24,885 bases of DNA from Gemmatimonadales bacterium (GTDB lineage: Bacteria; Gemmatimonadota; Gemmatimonadetes; Gemmatimonadales; GWC2-71-9): NCBI GenBank assembly GCA_045803455.1, contig JBJMPB010000125.1:1-24885 (forward strand). The letters run 5' to 3'. The notes under the pieces were generated by a model. It was given only the letters and a program-made list of their open reading frames with translations, searched no databases and was not told where the DNA came from. The position numbers and the translations under genes are program-made. Positions 8,527-16,291 of the stretch are shown here, one piece after another. Within the stretch, counting starts at the first letter, position 1; every line of letters starts with the position of its first letter.

Positions 8527-9468
8527 ATGACGGGTCAGAGCCAACCGAGGGTTGCCGTGGTGGGCATGAGCGAGTCCGGCAGGGGCTGGGCGTCGCTGGT
8601 GGCGGGAGCCGGCTGGCCACTGACAATCTACGACCCGGACGCTGCCCTGCTCCATGACGGCGAAGACGATATAGCGACCCGGAAACGGCACTCTCAGGGT
8701 GTCGGCCTGCCGGCCATGCGGGAGCACCGGGACGACTCGGCCCCGGGGCAGCTCCGGCTGGGACGTAGTCTCCTCGATACCGTGAGTAACGCCGACTGGA
8801 TCATCGATACCAGTGGCGGCGACTTGCTCCACCGGCAGCGGCTCCTGGAACAGATCGAGCGCGCGGCACGCATGGCAGCTATCGTGACCTGTGGGGCTCC
8901 CGGTCTTTCGCCGACGGATCTCTGTGCCCGCCTTCGCCGGCCCACTCGGCTTCTCGTGGCCCATGCCCTCGATCCGGTGGAACACGTGCTTGCGGTCGAG
9001 GTGGTGCCCGGCACGCTGACTGACCCAGCGGTGCTGGACGAGCTCAGAAACTGGCTCCGCCAACTGGGACGGGTACCGATCGTCCTGCGGAAGGAAGTGC
9101 CGGGTAACGCCACTGGACGCATTGCAGTCGCGGTATGGAGGGAGTGCATTCGGCTGGTGCTGGACGGCGTGCTGGAGGTGCGGGACGTGGATGTTCTGGT
9201 CTCCTCCGGACTGGCGGCCCGCTGGGCCGCGGCCGGACCGTTCCAGACGGCCTATCTCGAGGCCGGCGAACGGCAGACGGCGCAGCTCAGCGCCTTGTTG
9301 CGGGCTCTGGAAACTCGCTGGGAAGGCGACACCAGCTTCTATTTGCCTCCGGCCGAGCATCAGCACCTGATTCGATTGATCGAGCGGGCTTACGATGGTG
9401 AGGGCGACGTTCTCAAAGGCGCGCGGAATGAACGGCTGGCCGAGTTGAGGAGAATCGTAGGCTACTGA
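8527..9468 (+). CDS. 3-hydroxyacyl-CoA dehydrogenase / L-gulonate 3-dehydrogenase (lambda-crystallin)-like protein with degenerate motifs
   Basis: VAVVGMSESGRGWA...IYDPD, LLVAHALDPVEHVLAVEVVPG, LGRVPIVLRKEVPG and GLAARWAAAGPF follow the family pattern in order; GGAG lies 10 nt upstream of the ATG. Confidence 0.8.
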   Translation: MTGQSQPRVAVVGMSESGRGWASLVAGAGWPLTIYDPDAALLHDGEDDIATRKRHSQGVGLPAMREHRDDSAPGQLRLGRSLLDTVSNADWIIDTSGGDLLHRQRLLEQIERAARMAAIVTCGAPGLSPTDLCARLRRPTRLLVAHALDPVEHVLAVEVVPGTLTDPAVLDELRNWLRQLGRVPIVLRKEVPGNATGRIAVAVWRECIRLVLDGVLEVRDVDVLVSSGLAARWAAAGPFQTAYLEAGERQTAQLSALLRALETRWEGDTSFYLPPAEHQHLIRLIERAYDGEGDVLKGARNERLAELRRIVGY

Positions 9469-10268
9469 CTCCGAAATGGATGTTCGAAGCTCAGATACAG
9501 GAACAGCCCCTCTGCCCCATCCCCGTCTCGCCCCAATCCAATGGTATACGCAGCGCCTGGCACTACCTGAAGATGACCAAAATCGAGGGCAGTACGGATG
9601 CCGGGATTGAGAACCCAGGTTGATGCCTCAGTCATCCTCCCCTCCGTCACGACCTCACCCGCCTCGTACCAGACTGTCTCCAGCAGAAGATTGAAGCGGG
9701 GACGAGCCAGCCAGATAACGCTGGCGCCCAGGTTGAGTCCATACGTCGTCGCCTGATCGCCCGCGGCATTTCGGGCTGAGGGCGTCAGGGTGGCTCCCGC
9801 ATTCCAGTGAGTCACCACAGCTTCGCTCAGCACCAGTGTCAATGGGACATTGACCTGAACCCCTACTCCTCCCCTTCCTCGGCCCGCAGCTTCACTACCA
9901 GTAGCTAACAAGAGACTCAGCCGGGGAGCGGCGACGACGCGGGCCTGGGGATTGCCCGCCAGCTGATACCGATAGTTGACGGCCACGTCGCCCAGGCCGG
10001 TCCCCCGCACTTCGGTATTCAGGAAGGGAATGGTGTAACTGAGCTGGTGCTTGATGCCGCCGAGCGGCCATTCCTGGGTGAAGGAGAAGGTCCAGTCTCC
10101 GCCGGTAACGGCGTAGTTACTGATGTGCTGAACGACCCCGGCTTCCTGGTTGTAGGCCTCTTCCACCAGAAAGGAGTTGTCCTGGATTTGCGCGGCGAGT
10201 GGTGAGCCGTAAGCAGTGAGCAGTACTATCGAGACACAGAGGAGCACTCGACGGCTCAGGTAGCTCAT
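9462..10268 (-). CDS. Putative outer-membrane beta-barrel channel (transporter-like hypothetical protein)
   Basis: Signal peptide ending PLAA-Q, mature N-terminus QIQDNSFLVEEAYNQEAGVVQH, alternating amphipathic strands, C-terminal beta-signal-like LFLYLSFEHPF; GGAGG ribosome-binding site 4 nt before the ATG. Confidence 0.7.
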   Translation of the reverse strand: MSYLSRRVLLCVSIVLLTAYGSPLAAQIQDNSFLVEEAYNQEAGVVQHISNYAVTGGDWTFSFTQEWPLGGIKHQLSYTIPFLNTEVRGTGLGDVAVNYRYQLAGNPQARVVAAPRLSLLLATGSEAAGRGRGGVGVQVNVPLTLVLSEAVVTHWNAGATLTPSARNAAGDQATTYGLNLGASVIWLARPRFNLLLETVWYEAGEVVTEGRMTEASTWVLNPGIRTALDFGHLQVVPGAAYTIGLGRDGDGAEGLFLYLSFEHPFRSQ

Positions 10269-10296
10269 GAGTCCTCCGCAACCACTCAGTGCTGGA

Positions 10297-11655
10297 CTAG
10301 CCCACCCACTGGCGAAAGGTCCCGACCAGCAGCCAGCTATTCAGTCCCATGATGACCCCGGCAACCAGCCAGGCCAGTGCTGCCAATCCACGGCTGTTTA
10401 CGAACTGACCCATTTTCGAACGCTGACTGGTGAAGTACACCAGCGGTACGACGGCGAAGGAGAGCTGCAGGCTGAGAATGACCTGACTCAGAATCAGGAG
10501 CCCGCCGGCGCCACGCTCACCATAGGCCGCGGTGACAATGACTGCAGGGATGATCGCAATGAGCCGGGTGATCAGACGACGGAGCCAAGCCGGCAGCCGG
10601 ATGTTGAGAAAGCCCTCCATGACGATTTGCCCGGCCAGAGTCCCGGTGATCGTCGAATTCTGACCCGAGGCCAGCAGGGCGACGGCGAAGAGGGTGCTGG
10701 CCATTGTGGTGCCCAGCAGCGGCGCCAGCAGCCGGTAGGCATCGCCTATGTCCGCCACCTCCTGATGTCCGGTGTTGTGGAACGTCGCCGCGGCCAGAAT
10801 CAGAATGGCCGCGTTGATGAAGAAAGCGAACAGCAGGGCGACGGTCGAATCCAAAGTGGCGAAACGAATAGCCTCCCGCTTCGACGCGACGTCGGGCAAT
10901 ACCTTGCGGGTCTGCACGATGGACGAGTGCAGGTACAGGTTGTGGGGCATGACCGTGGCGCCCAGAATGCCGATGGCGATGTACAGCATCATCGGATTGG
11001 TCACGATTTGTGAGGTGGGTATCAGGCCTCGGGCGACAAACGAGAGGTCCGGCCGGGCCATGATCAGCTCAGCACCAAAGCAGACACCGATCGTGGCGAC
11101 CAACGTGATCACCAGCGCCTCGAGGTAGCGAAACCCCTTGTGCTGCAGCAACAGAATGAGCAACACGTCGAACGCGGTCAGACACACACCCCATATCAGC
11201 GGAATTCCGAACAACAGGTTCAGGGCGATAGCCGAGCCGATCACCTCCGCCAGATCACAGGCGGCGATGGCGATTTCGCAGAGGACCCACAGCACAAAGC
11301 TGACCGGCCGCGAGTAGTGGTCCCGGCAGGCTTGCGCGAGATCCCGGCCGGTCGCAATGCCGAGCTTCAAGGCGAGAGCCTGAAGGAGAATCGCCATCAG
11401 GTTCGAGAGCAGGATGACGCTCAGCAGGGTATATCCGAACCGCGCTCCACCGGCCAGATCGGTTGCCCAGTTTCCTGGATCCATGTAGCCCACGGCCACC
11501 ATATAGCCCGGCCCGGCAAAGGCGAGCGCCTTGCGCCAGAAGGAAACGCCCTTGGGCACATGGACCGTGTGATAGGACTCGGGCAGGCTCGGTAGTGTGC
11601 GTGGATAGCGCCACGCGCCGAGTTCGCGGACGGGTTCGGACGAGGCAGCGCTCAT
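10297..11655 (-). CDS. mntH: Nramp-family divalent metal (Mn2+) transporter MntH
   Basis: Signature motifs [10 protein letters not shown] (TM1) and MPHNLYLHS (TM6), plus [20 protein letters not shown]; about 11 TM segments. ATG 11655 overlaps the mntR stop (ATGA). Confidence 0.97.
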   Translation of the reverse strand: MSAASSEPVRELGAWRYPRTLPSLPESYHTVHVPKGVSFWRKALAFAGPGYMVAVGYMDPGNWATDLAGGARFGYTLLSVILLSNLMAILLQALALKLGIATGRDLAQACRDHYSRPVSFVLWVLCEIAIAACDLAEVIGSAIALNLLFGIPLIWGVCLTAFDVLLILLLQHKGFRYLEALVITLVATIGVCFGAELIMARPDLSFVARGLIPTSQIVTNPMMLYIAIGILGATVMPHNLYLHSSIVQTRKVLPDVASKREAIRFATLDSTVALLFAFFINAAILILAAATFHNTGHQEVADIGDAYRLLAPLLGTTMASTLFAVALLASGQNSTITGTLAGQIVMEGFLNIRLPAWLRRLITRLIAIIPAVIVTAAYGERGAGGLLILSQVILSLQLSFAVVPLVYFTSQRSKMGQFVNSRGLAALAWLVAGVIMGLNSWLLVGTFRQWVG

Positions 11656-12338
11656 ACGGCCCCCGTGCAGGCGCACTGAAGAACGTGACTGAGCTCGCGA
11701 CCGATGACGTGCCGCTGTCCGCCGACCTCGATGGTGACCAGGTCGTCGAACGGCTGCCGGTCTAGCACCGTAATCCGGACGCCCGGCTTAAGGCCCAATG
11801 AAGCGATGTAGCGCAGCCGCTCGGGCTGATTTTCATGAACTCGATGGATCTCGACGGTGTCACCAACCGGAATATCGGAGAGCGGTGTGCAGGAAAGCTC
11901 GTGGACGAAACCGTCTGCCGAAGGGATGGGGTCGCCGTGAGGATCCACGTCAGGATTCCCCAGGGCGCTGGCCATCCGTTCGACCAGGGTGTCGGAGACC
12001 GCGTGCTCCAAACGCTCGGCCTCATCGTGGACCGTGTCCCAGGAGTAGCCCAGGAACTCCACCAGATAGGCTTCGATCAGGCGGTGCCGGCGAACCATCC
12101 GCAGAGCTGCCCGGCGACCCTCATCGGTCAGCTGGACCCCGCGATAGGGAACGTGCTCCAGCAACCCGTGCTCGGACAGCCGCTTGACCATCCCGGTAAC
12201 CGATGGCGGCGATAGCGCGAGCAGGTGAGCGATCTCGCTGGTAGAAGCGGGACGACCCTCCGGGGACAACTGGTATATGGCCTTCAGATAGTCTTCGACT
12301 GACCGGGTCAAACTGTCGCTAAGGGTAGCGGCACTCAC
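11652..12338 (-). CDS. mntR: DtxR/MntR-family manganese-dependent repressor with C-terminal FeoA (SH3-like) domain
   Basis: VEDYLKAIY, w[42 protein letters not shown], FeoA-like LGLKPG. Asp and Glu at the positions equivalent to DtxR M10 and C102 mark the Mn-sensing members of the family. Confidence 0.92.
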   Translation of the reverse strand: MSAATLSDSLTRSVEDYLKAIYQLSPEGRPASTSEIAHLLALSPPSVTGMVKRLSEHGLLEHVPYRGVQLTDEGRRAALRMVRRHRLIEAYLVEFLGYSWDTVHDEAERLEHAVSDTLVERMASALGNPDVDPHGDPIPSADGFVHELSCTPLSDIPVGDTVEIHRVHENQPERLRYIASLGLKPGVRITVLDRQPFDDLVTIEVGGQRHVIGRELSHVLQCACTGAV

Positions 12339-12350
12339 ACTGGGCTCCGT

Positions 12351-12364
12351 TTAGGCTTGCCTAA
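12351..12364. promoter_or_regulatory. MntR/SirR-type operator palindrome TTAGGC-TT-GCCTAA
   Basis: Perfect 6-bp inverted arms, 12 nt upstream of the mntR start; matches the TTAGG-N4-CCTAA pattern of DtxR-family (SirR/MntR-type) boxes. Confidence 0.85.
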
Positions 12365-12392
12365 TACTGATGTGTGAGCCGACTAATGTCAA
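12364..12392 (-). promoter_or_regulatory. Sigma70-type promoter for mntR-mntH-porin
   Basis: On the minus strand: perfect TTGACA (12392-12387), 17-bp spacer, CAGTAT (12369-12364, keeps the A2 and T6 of TATAAT). The operator begins at the last base of the -10. Confidence 0.7.
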
Positions 12393-12411
12393 GTTTAACC
12401 TAGTTGAAGTG

Positions 12412-12999
12412 CTACGCGAACTCGGCCAGGAAGCTGGTGAGAATCCGTTCCGTCATGCCCCAGACGATGGCATTCTCGAGCTGATACGCCTGAACCTGCC
12501 GGCTCCTGCCCGCAACCTCAAGCTGAACCGGATGATGGGTATCGGGACGGAGCAGGTAGTCAACCGGCACCCAGCTGGCCTGGGCCACTTCAGGGTTGAG
12601 CCGCATGGTCGGACGCACCGGCAGCAGAAATACAAAGGGCCGTACCGCTATAGGCGGCAGTACCGGGGTGCGGGGAATGACGTCGGGTAGGCTGCCTATA
12701 AGATCCTCGGGCCTGAGCTGGAGCCCGACCTCCTCGAAGGTTTCGCGGATAGCGGTTCCGCCAAGGTCGGAGTCGCCTGGCTCTCGTCGGCCGCCGGGCA
12801 AGGCCATGTGGCCAGACCAGGGATCTCCCGAACGATCGGCCCTGCGGATGAGGAGGATGGAATCGGGTTGAGGGGTAAGGATGATGGCGACGGCTGCCCA
12901 CAGCAGGGAGGGATCCTGATCGCTGGAATCACCCTTCCGGATAGCCAGACGCTCCCGAAGCCGGGCCACCCGAAGCGTCACTGAATCGGGTGCTGTCAA
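12412..12999 (-). CDS. Nudix hydrolase, CoA pyrophosphatase (NudL/PCD1-like)
   Basis: LLIRRADRSGDPWSGHMALPGG followed by the Nudix box GGRREPGDSDLGGTAIRETFEEVGL, and IVWGMT. TTG 12999 overlaps the upstream stop (TTGA); GTG 12981 is an alternative start. Confidence 0.88.
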   Translation of the reverse strand: MTAPDSVTLRVARLRERLAIRKGDSSDQDPSLLWAAVAIILTPQPDSILLIRRADRSGDPWSGHMALPGGRREPGDSDLGGTAIRETFEEVGLQLRPEDLIGSLPDVIPRTPVLPPIAVRPFVFLLPVRPTMRLNPEVAQASWVPVDYLLRPDTHHPVQLEVAGRSRQVQAYQLENAIVWGMTERILTSFLAEFA

Positions 13000-13847
13000 T
13001 TGGAGATTCCGGTTAGCCGCTCGCTGACCTCCCATAGACGTCGCGCGGCTGCCTCATCGTTGGACTCACGCGACGAGGTCACCGGCCTCTTGTTGACGAA
13101 GTACTTTCCGGTAACGCCTTCTACTTCCTGAGATGAAGCCAGGTAGACGATCGTTTCTGCTCCTTTCTCCGGCTTGGCACCGAAGGTGCGAGCGAGCGCA
13201 TCTCCGGCAGCCGGCACGCCCATGTAGTCAGCCAGCAGTCTGGTGGCGATCACGCCTGGATGCAGGCAGTTGGCGGTGACTCCGGTGCCCCTCAGGCGGC
13301 GCACGAGCTCATAGGTGAACAGGATATTGGCCAGCTTGGATTGGCTATAGGCCCGGTTTCCATCGTAGCCCCGCTCGCCCTGGAGATCGGCAAAGTCCAA
13401 GTGCGATCCGCTGTGGGCGCCTGAGGAGACGTTGATGATTCGGGACGGAGCTGCCGCCTTCAGACAGTCCAGCAGCAGATTCGTGAACAGGAAATAGGCC
13501 AGGTGGTTGACGGCAAACTGCTGCTCCAGGCCATCGAACGTGAGCTGGCGCCGGCGGGTAAACACCCCCGCATTGTTGATCAGGACGTGGATCGCAGGGT
13601 GACGTTTCCTGATCTGCGCGGCCGCTCTTTGGATATCGGTCTGAGAAGACAGGTCTGCTGCAACAACGTCGAGTGCTGCAGGGTGCCGGCTGGCGATCTC
13701 GTTGGCCACCTTGTCTCCATCCACCTGTTGCCGGCAGACCAGGGTGAGACTGGCACCGAGACTCGCGAGGGCTTCCGCGCTGGCCCTCCCGATGCCCCTG
13801 CTGGCCCCGGTGATCACACAGACTCGGCCGGTCATCTCAGCGGACAT
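12996..13847 (-). CDS. Short-chain dehydrogenase/reductase, retinol dehydrogenase/WWOX-like subfamily
   Basis: ITGASRGIG, LINNAG, FAVNHLAYF, NVSSGAH, YSQSK (YxxxK), LHPGVIAT, TGKYF. Confidence 0.93.
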   Translation of the reverse strand: MSAEMTGRVCVITGASRGIGRASAEALASLGASLTLVCRQQVDGDKVANEIASRHPAALDVVAADLSSQTDIQRAAAQIRKRHPAIHVLINNAGVFTRRRQLTFDGLEQQFAVNHLAYFLFTNLLLDCLKAAAPSRIINVSSGAHSGSHLDFADLQGERGYDGNRAYSQSKLANILFTYELVRRLRGTGVTANCLHPGVIATRLLADYMGVPAAGDALARTFGAKPEKGAETIVYLASSQEVEGVTGKYFVNKRPVTSSRESNDEAAARRLWEVSERLTGISN

Positions 13848-13853
13848 GGACGA

Positions 13854-14690
13854 TTACTGAAGATTGGCAGCCAGCCACTCGAGCGTGGCGTCAAAGACGG
13901 TGTCCAGCTCGGGAGTGGCTGAGCCCCACGGGTGAGTTGCGCCGAAGGTATGGCCGCCACGCTCGATAGCCAGCAACCTGGTCTTCTTGGGGCGGCTGGC
14001 CGCAGCCAGGACTTCGGCTTCGTGGAACCGTACCGATTCGTCCTCGGTCCCGTGGATGATGAGCCAGGGAACCCGGATCCGTGCCGCCGCTGCCTCGATA
14101 TCCAGGGTTTCGGCATTCTGCTCGATGTCGTCCAGCACGTCGGTGTACAGCGGCAGGACTTGACCGGTACGGGCGTTCTGGATCTCAGTTTGACCGCGAG
14201 CGCGCCAGGCGCTGCGTTGGTCCTCCGGCCATCGCTCCACCCGGGAGATGGCCGCCCAAGTCACCAGGGTTTGGACGCGGGAATCTCGCGCGGTTTGCAG
14301 GACTGCGGTGCCACCGCCGCGCGAATGGCCAACCAGCGCGAGCGTACTCGGCACCGCGATGTCCAAAGCGCCGCTCATCAGTGCATCGAGAACGCGCTGA
14401 AGGTCCTGGAGCTCGGCGGAAAAGGTGTTGTGTCCAAAGCGATCCGGCAGGGAGAACTCACCGGCGTCGTCAACACCGCTCCCGCTGAGGTTGAAGGTGA
14501 CCGCGGTGAATCCGGCCCGGGCTAGACGCTCAGCCAGGTGGGGAAACATCCCCCAGTCCTTGAAGCCCTTGAACCCGTGGACGACAACCACCGCCGGTCG
14601 GGAGGTTTTCCGGCTCGCCGATCGAACGTCGATGAGGATCTGACCCAGCACTCCCGGGAGAGAATGCTTGGTAAGAGCAGGTGTAGCCAT
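13854..14690 (-). CDS. Alpha/beta hydrolase (esterase/thioesterase-like)
   Basis: HGFKGFKDWG oxyanion region, nucleophile GHSRGG, Asp in HGTEDESV, His in GGHTFG; triad intact. Confidence 0.9.
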   Translation of the reverse strand: MATPALTKHSLPGVLGQILIDVRSASRKTSRPAVVVVHGFKGFKDWGMFPHLAERLARAGFTAVTFNLSGSGVDDAGEFSLPDRFGHNTFSAELQDLQRVLDALMSGALDIAVPSTLALVGHSRGGGTAVLQTARDSRVQTLVTWAAISRVERWPEDQRSAWRARGQTEIQNARTGQVLPLYTDVLDDIEQNAETLDIEAAAARIRVPWLIIHGTEDESVRFHEAEVLAAASRPKKTRLLAIERGGHTFGATHPWGSATPELDTVFDATLEWLAANLQ

Positions 14691-14708
14691 CGCTGAATGG
14701 TAGTCGGG

Positions 14709-15671
14709 TTAGAGTACCGCCGGCTCCAGCAGCTCGACCTCTCCGGCACTCGCGTCCAGGCGGGCGCGTACCCCGAGAGGGAGTGTCCACTGGGCATCGA
14801 TATGGCCGATCGGAAAGCCGTAAGCCACCGGAATCCCAAGGGGGCCGAAGTAGGTCGCTAACACCTCGTCGAAGCCGAGGGCCCCCTCCGAGGTGGAACG
14901 ATCCATCTCAGTAAAGCGGCCGATGATTGCTCCGGCCAGGTGCTGGAGAACACCCAGAGTCCTGAAGTGGGCCAGCATCCGGTCAACCCGGTAAAGATCC
15001 TCGCCCACGTCTTCCAGGAAGAGGAGAGCTCCCTCGAATTCGGGAAAGTACGTGGTGCCGGCGAGACAATGGAGCAGAGTGAGGTTGCCTCCAATAAGCG
15101 GACCTTCGGCTGTTCCGCCGGTCAGGGTAACAATTCGGTTTTTCTGAGGGGTCACTGCCCGCTCGGGTGATTCGAGCCGGTCCAATCGGCCGGCCGGCTG
15201 GGCGGAAGTGAGCACCCGAGAAAAATGGCTGCGGCTGAAGCTGGGCATGGCCGCACGAGCTACCGGCCCATGAAAAGTGACGACACCCGTACACCGATTG
15301 ATTGCGTTGAGCAGGGTAGTGATGTCGGAAAAACCGATGAGCGCCTTGGGGCGTCGCGCCATGGCCGCGAAATCCACCCGATCGAGCAGCCGGAGACTGC
15401 CGTAGCCTCCGCGTATGCACCAAACTGCATCGATAGCGGAATCCTGGAGCGCCGCGTTAAGATCGTAGAGTCGCTCCTCGTCAGAGCCAGCCAGGTAGCC
15501 ATAGCGCTTATGGGCATTTTGACCTAGGACCGGTTCGTAATCCAGCGCACGGCAGAGCTCCTGAGCCCGGGTTAGATCGTCTCTCTCCAATACGGGACCG
15601 GCGGGAGCAACCAAGGCGATGCGATTGCCGGGTATGAGTCGGGGAGGCTGGACCAGCGGTCTGGACCGCAT
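14709..15671 (-). CDS. ldcA: LD-carboxypeptidase, peptidase family S66 (LdcA/MccF-like)
   Basis: IALVAPAG, RGGYGS (Ser), IGFSDIT, GGNL, FLEDVGE (Glu), PIGHI (His): the Ser-Glu-His triad of family S66. LdcA versus MccF-type activity cannot be resolved from motifs. Confidence 0.9.
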   Translation of the reverse strand: MRSRPLVQPPRLIPGNRIALVAPAGPVLERDDLTRAQELCRALDYEPVLGQNAHKRYGYLAGSDEERLYDLNAALQDSAIDAVWCIRGGYGSLRLLDRVDFAAMARRPKALIGFSDITTLLNAINRCTGVVTFHGPVARAAMPSFSRSHFSRVLTSAQPAGRLDRLESPERAVTPQKNRIVTLTGGTAEGPLIGGNLTLLHCLAGTTYFPEFEGALLFLEDVGEDLYRVDRMLAHFRTLGVLQHLAGAIIGRFTEMDRSTSEGALGFDEVLATYFGPLGIPVAYGFPIGHIDAQWTLPLGVRARLDASAGEVELLEPAVL

Positions 15672-15719
15672 TGTTGATCCCGGAAGTAGATTGACGCACC
15701 TAACCAGGGAGAACCCTCA

Positions 15720-16277
15720 TTGCGTGCTTCGCAGCCCGCCTTGCTTGCTGCCGGTCGCGTAATCGCCGAGATGCGCGACTCGATGGTCTCTCAGTGGACC
15801 GACTGGCTGGGAGACCGGATGACGTCAGCTCCCACGATACCGCGGTCCACGGTCGAGCGGGAGTTCCGTCTCCTGTTCGATGTGCTGACCGAGATGGTTG
15901 GCCCGCTGCGGCGAGAGGTCAATCCCGTCTGGTACCACGTCTGTGAGCACTACGGCCGAGTGGCGTCGGCCCGGGGATTGGCTGCAGGTGAGGTCGTCGA
16001 GGAACTGCAGTTCCTGCGCGAGCTGCTCATTCGCGAGCTGGCCCCGATCCTAGTGGCCATGCGGGCTCGCCAGGGCATGGCGATCATGCTGCGGCTGAAC
16101 CGGGTCATCGACAAAGGTGTTGCGGTTGCGGTGGTGGGATACACTGATGCTCTGGTCGCTACCCTGTTCTCCCAAAACGGGGTGCCTCTGAGCAGTACCA
16201 AACAGGATGTAGCCGAGGTGGAGCGGCAGCTCGACATCCTGGAGCAGGAACTCCAAGCCGTCTCGCCACCGATCTAG
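15720..16277 (+). CDS. Stand-alone all-helical protein, RsbRD_N / non-haem globin-like sensor domain
   Basis: GGGAGA ribosome-binding site before TTG 15720. W...L, HYGRVASARGLAAGEVVEELQFLRELL resembles the HG..R...G...v..e...LR pattern of RsbRD_N-type domains; C-terminal coiled-coil-like VAEVERQLDILEQEL. Confidence 0.55.
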   Translation: MRASQPALLAAGRVIAEMRDSMVSQWTDWLGDRMTSAPTIPRSTVEREFRLLFDVLTEMVGPLRREVNPVWYHVCEHYGRVASARGLAAGEVVEELQFLRELLIRELAPILVAMRARQGMAIMLRLNRVIDKGVAVAVVGYTDALVATLFSQNGVPLSSTKQDVAEVERQLDILEQELQAVSPPI

Positions 16278-16291
16278 CGGCACTTTCACCG

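Noticed and set aside
8299-9366. 355-aa minus-strand ORF
   Set aside because: Antisense shadow of the dehydrogenase-like gene; no motifs, and Pro/Arg/Gly-rich composition typical of GC-rich non-coding frames.
10267-11595. 248-aa and 151-aa plus-strand ORFs opposite mntH
   Set aside because: Expected shadows of a hydrophobic, GC3-rich gene on the other strand; no independent evidence.
15691-15696. TTGACG as a -35 element for the 15720 gene
   Set aside because: No -10-like hexamer at 16-18 bp, and the implied transcription start would fall at or beyond the start codon.
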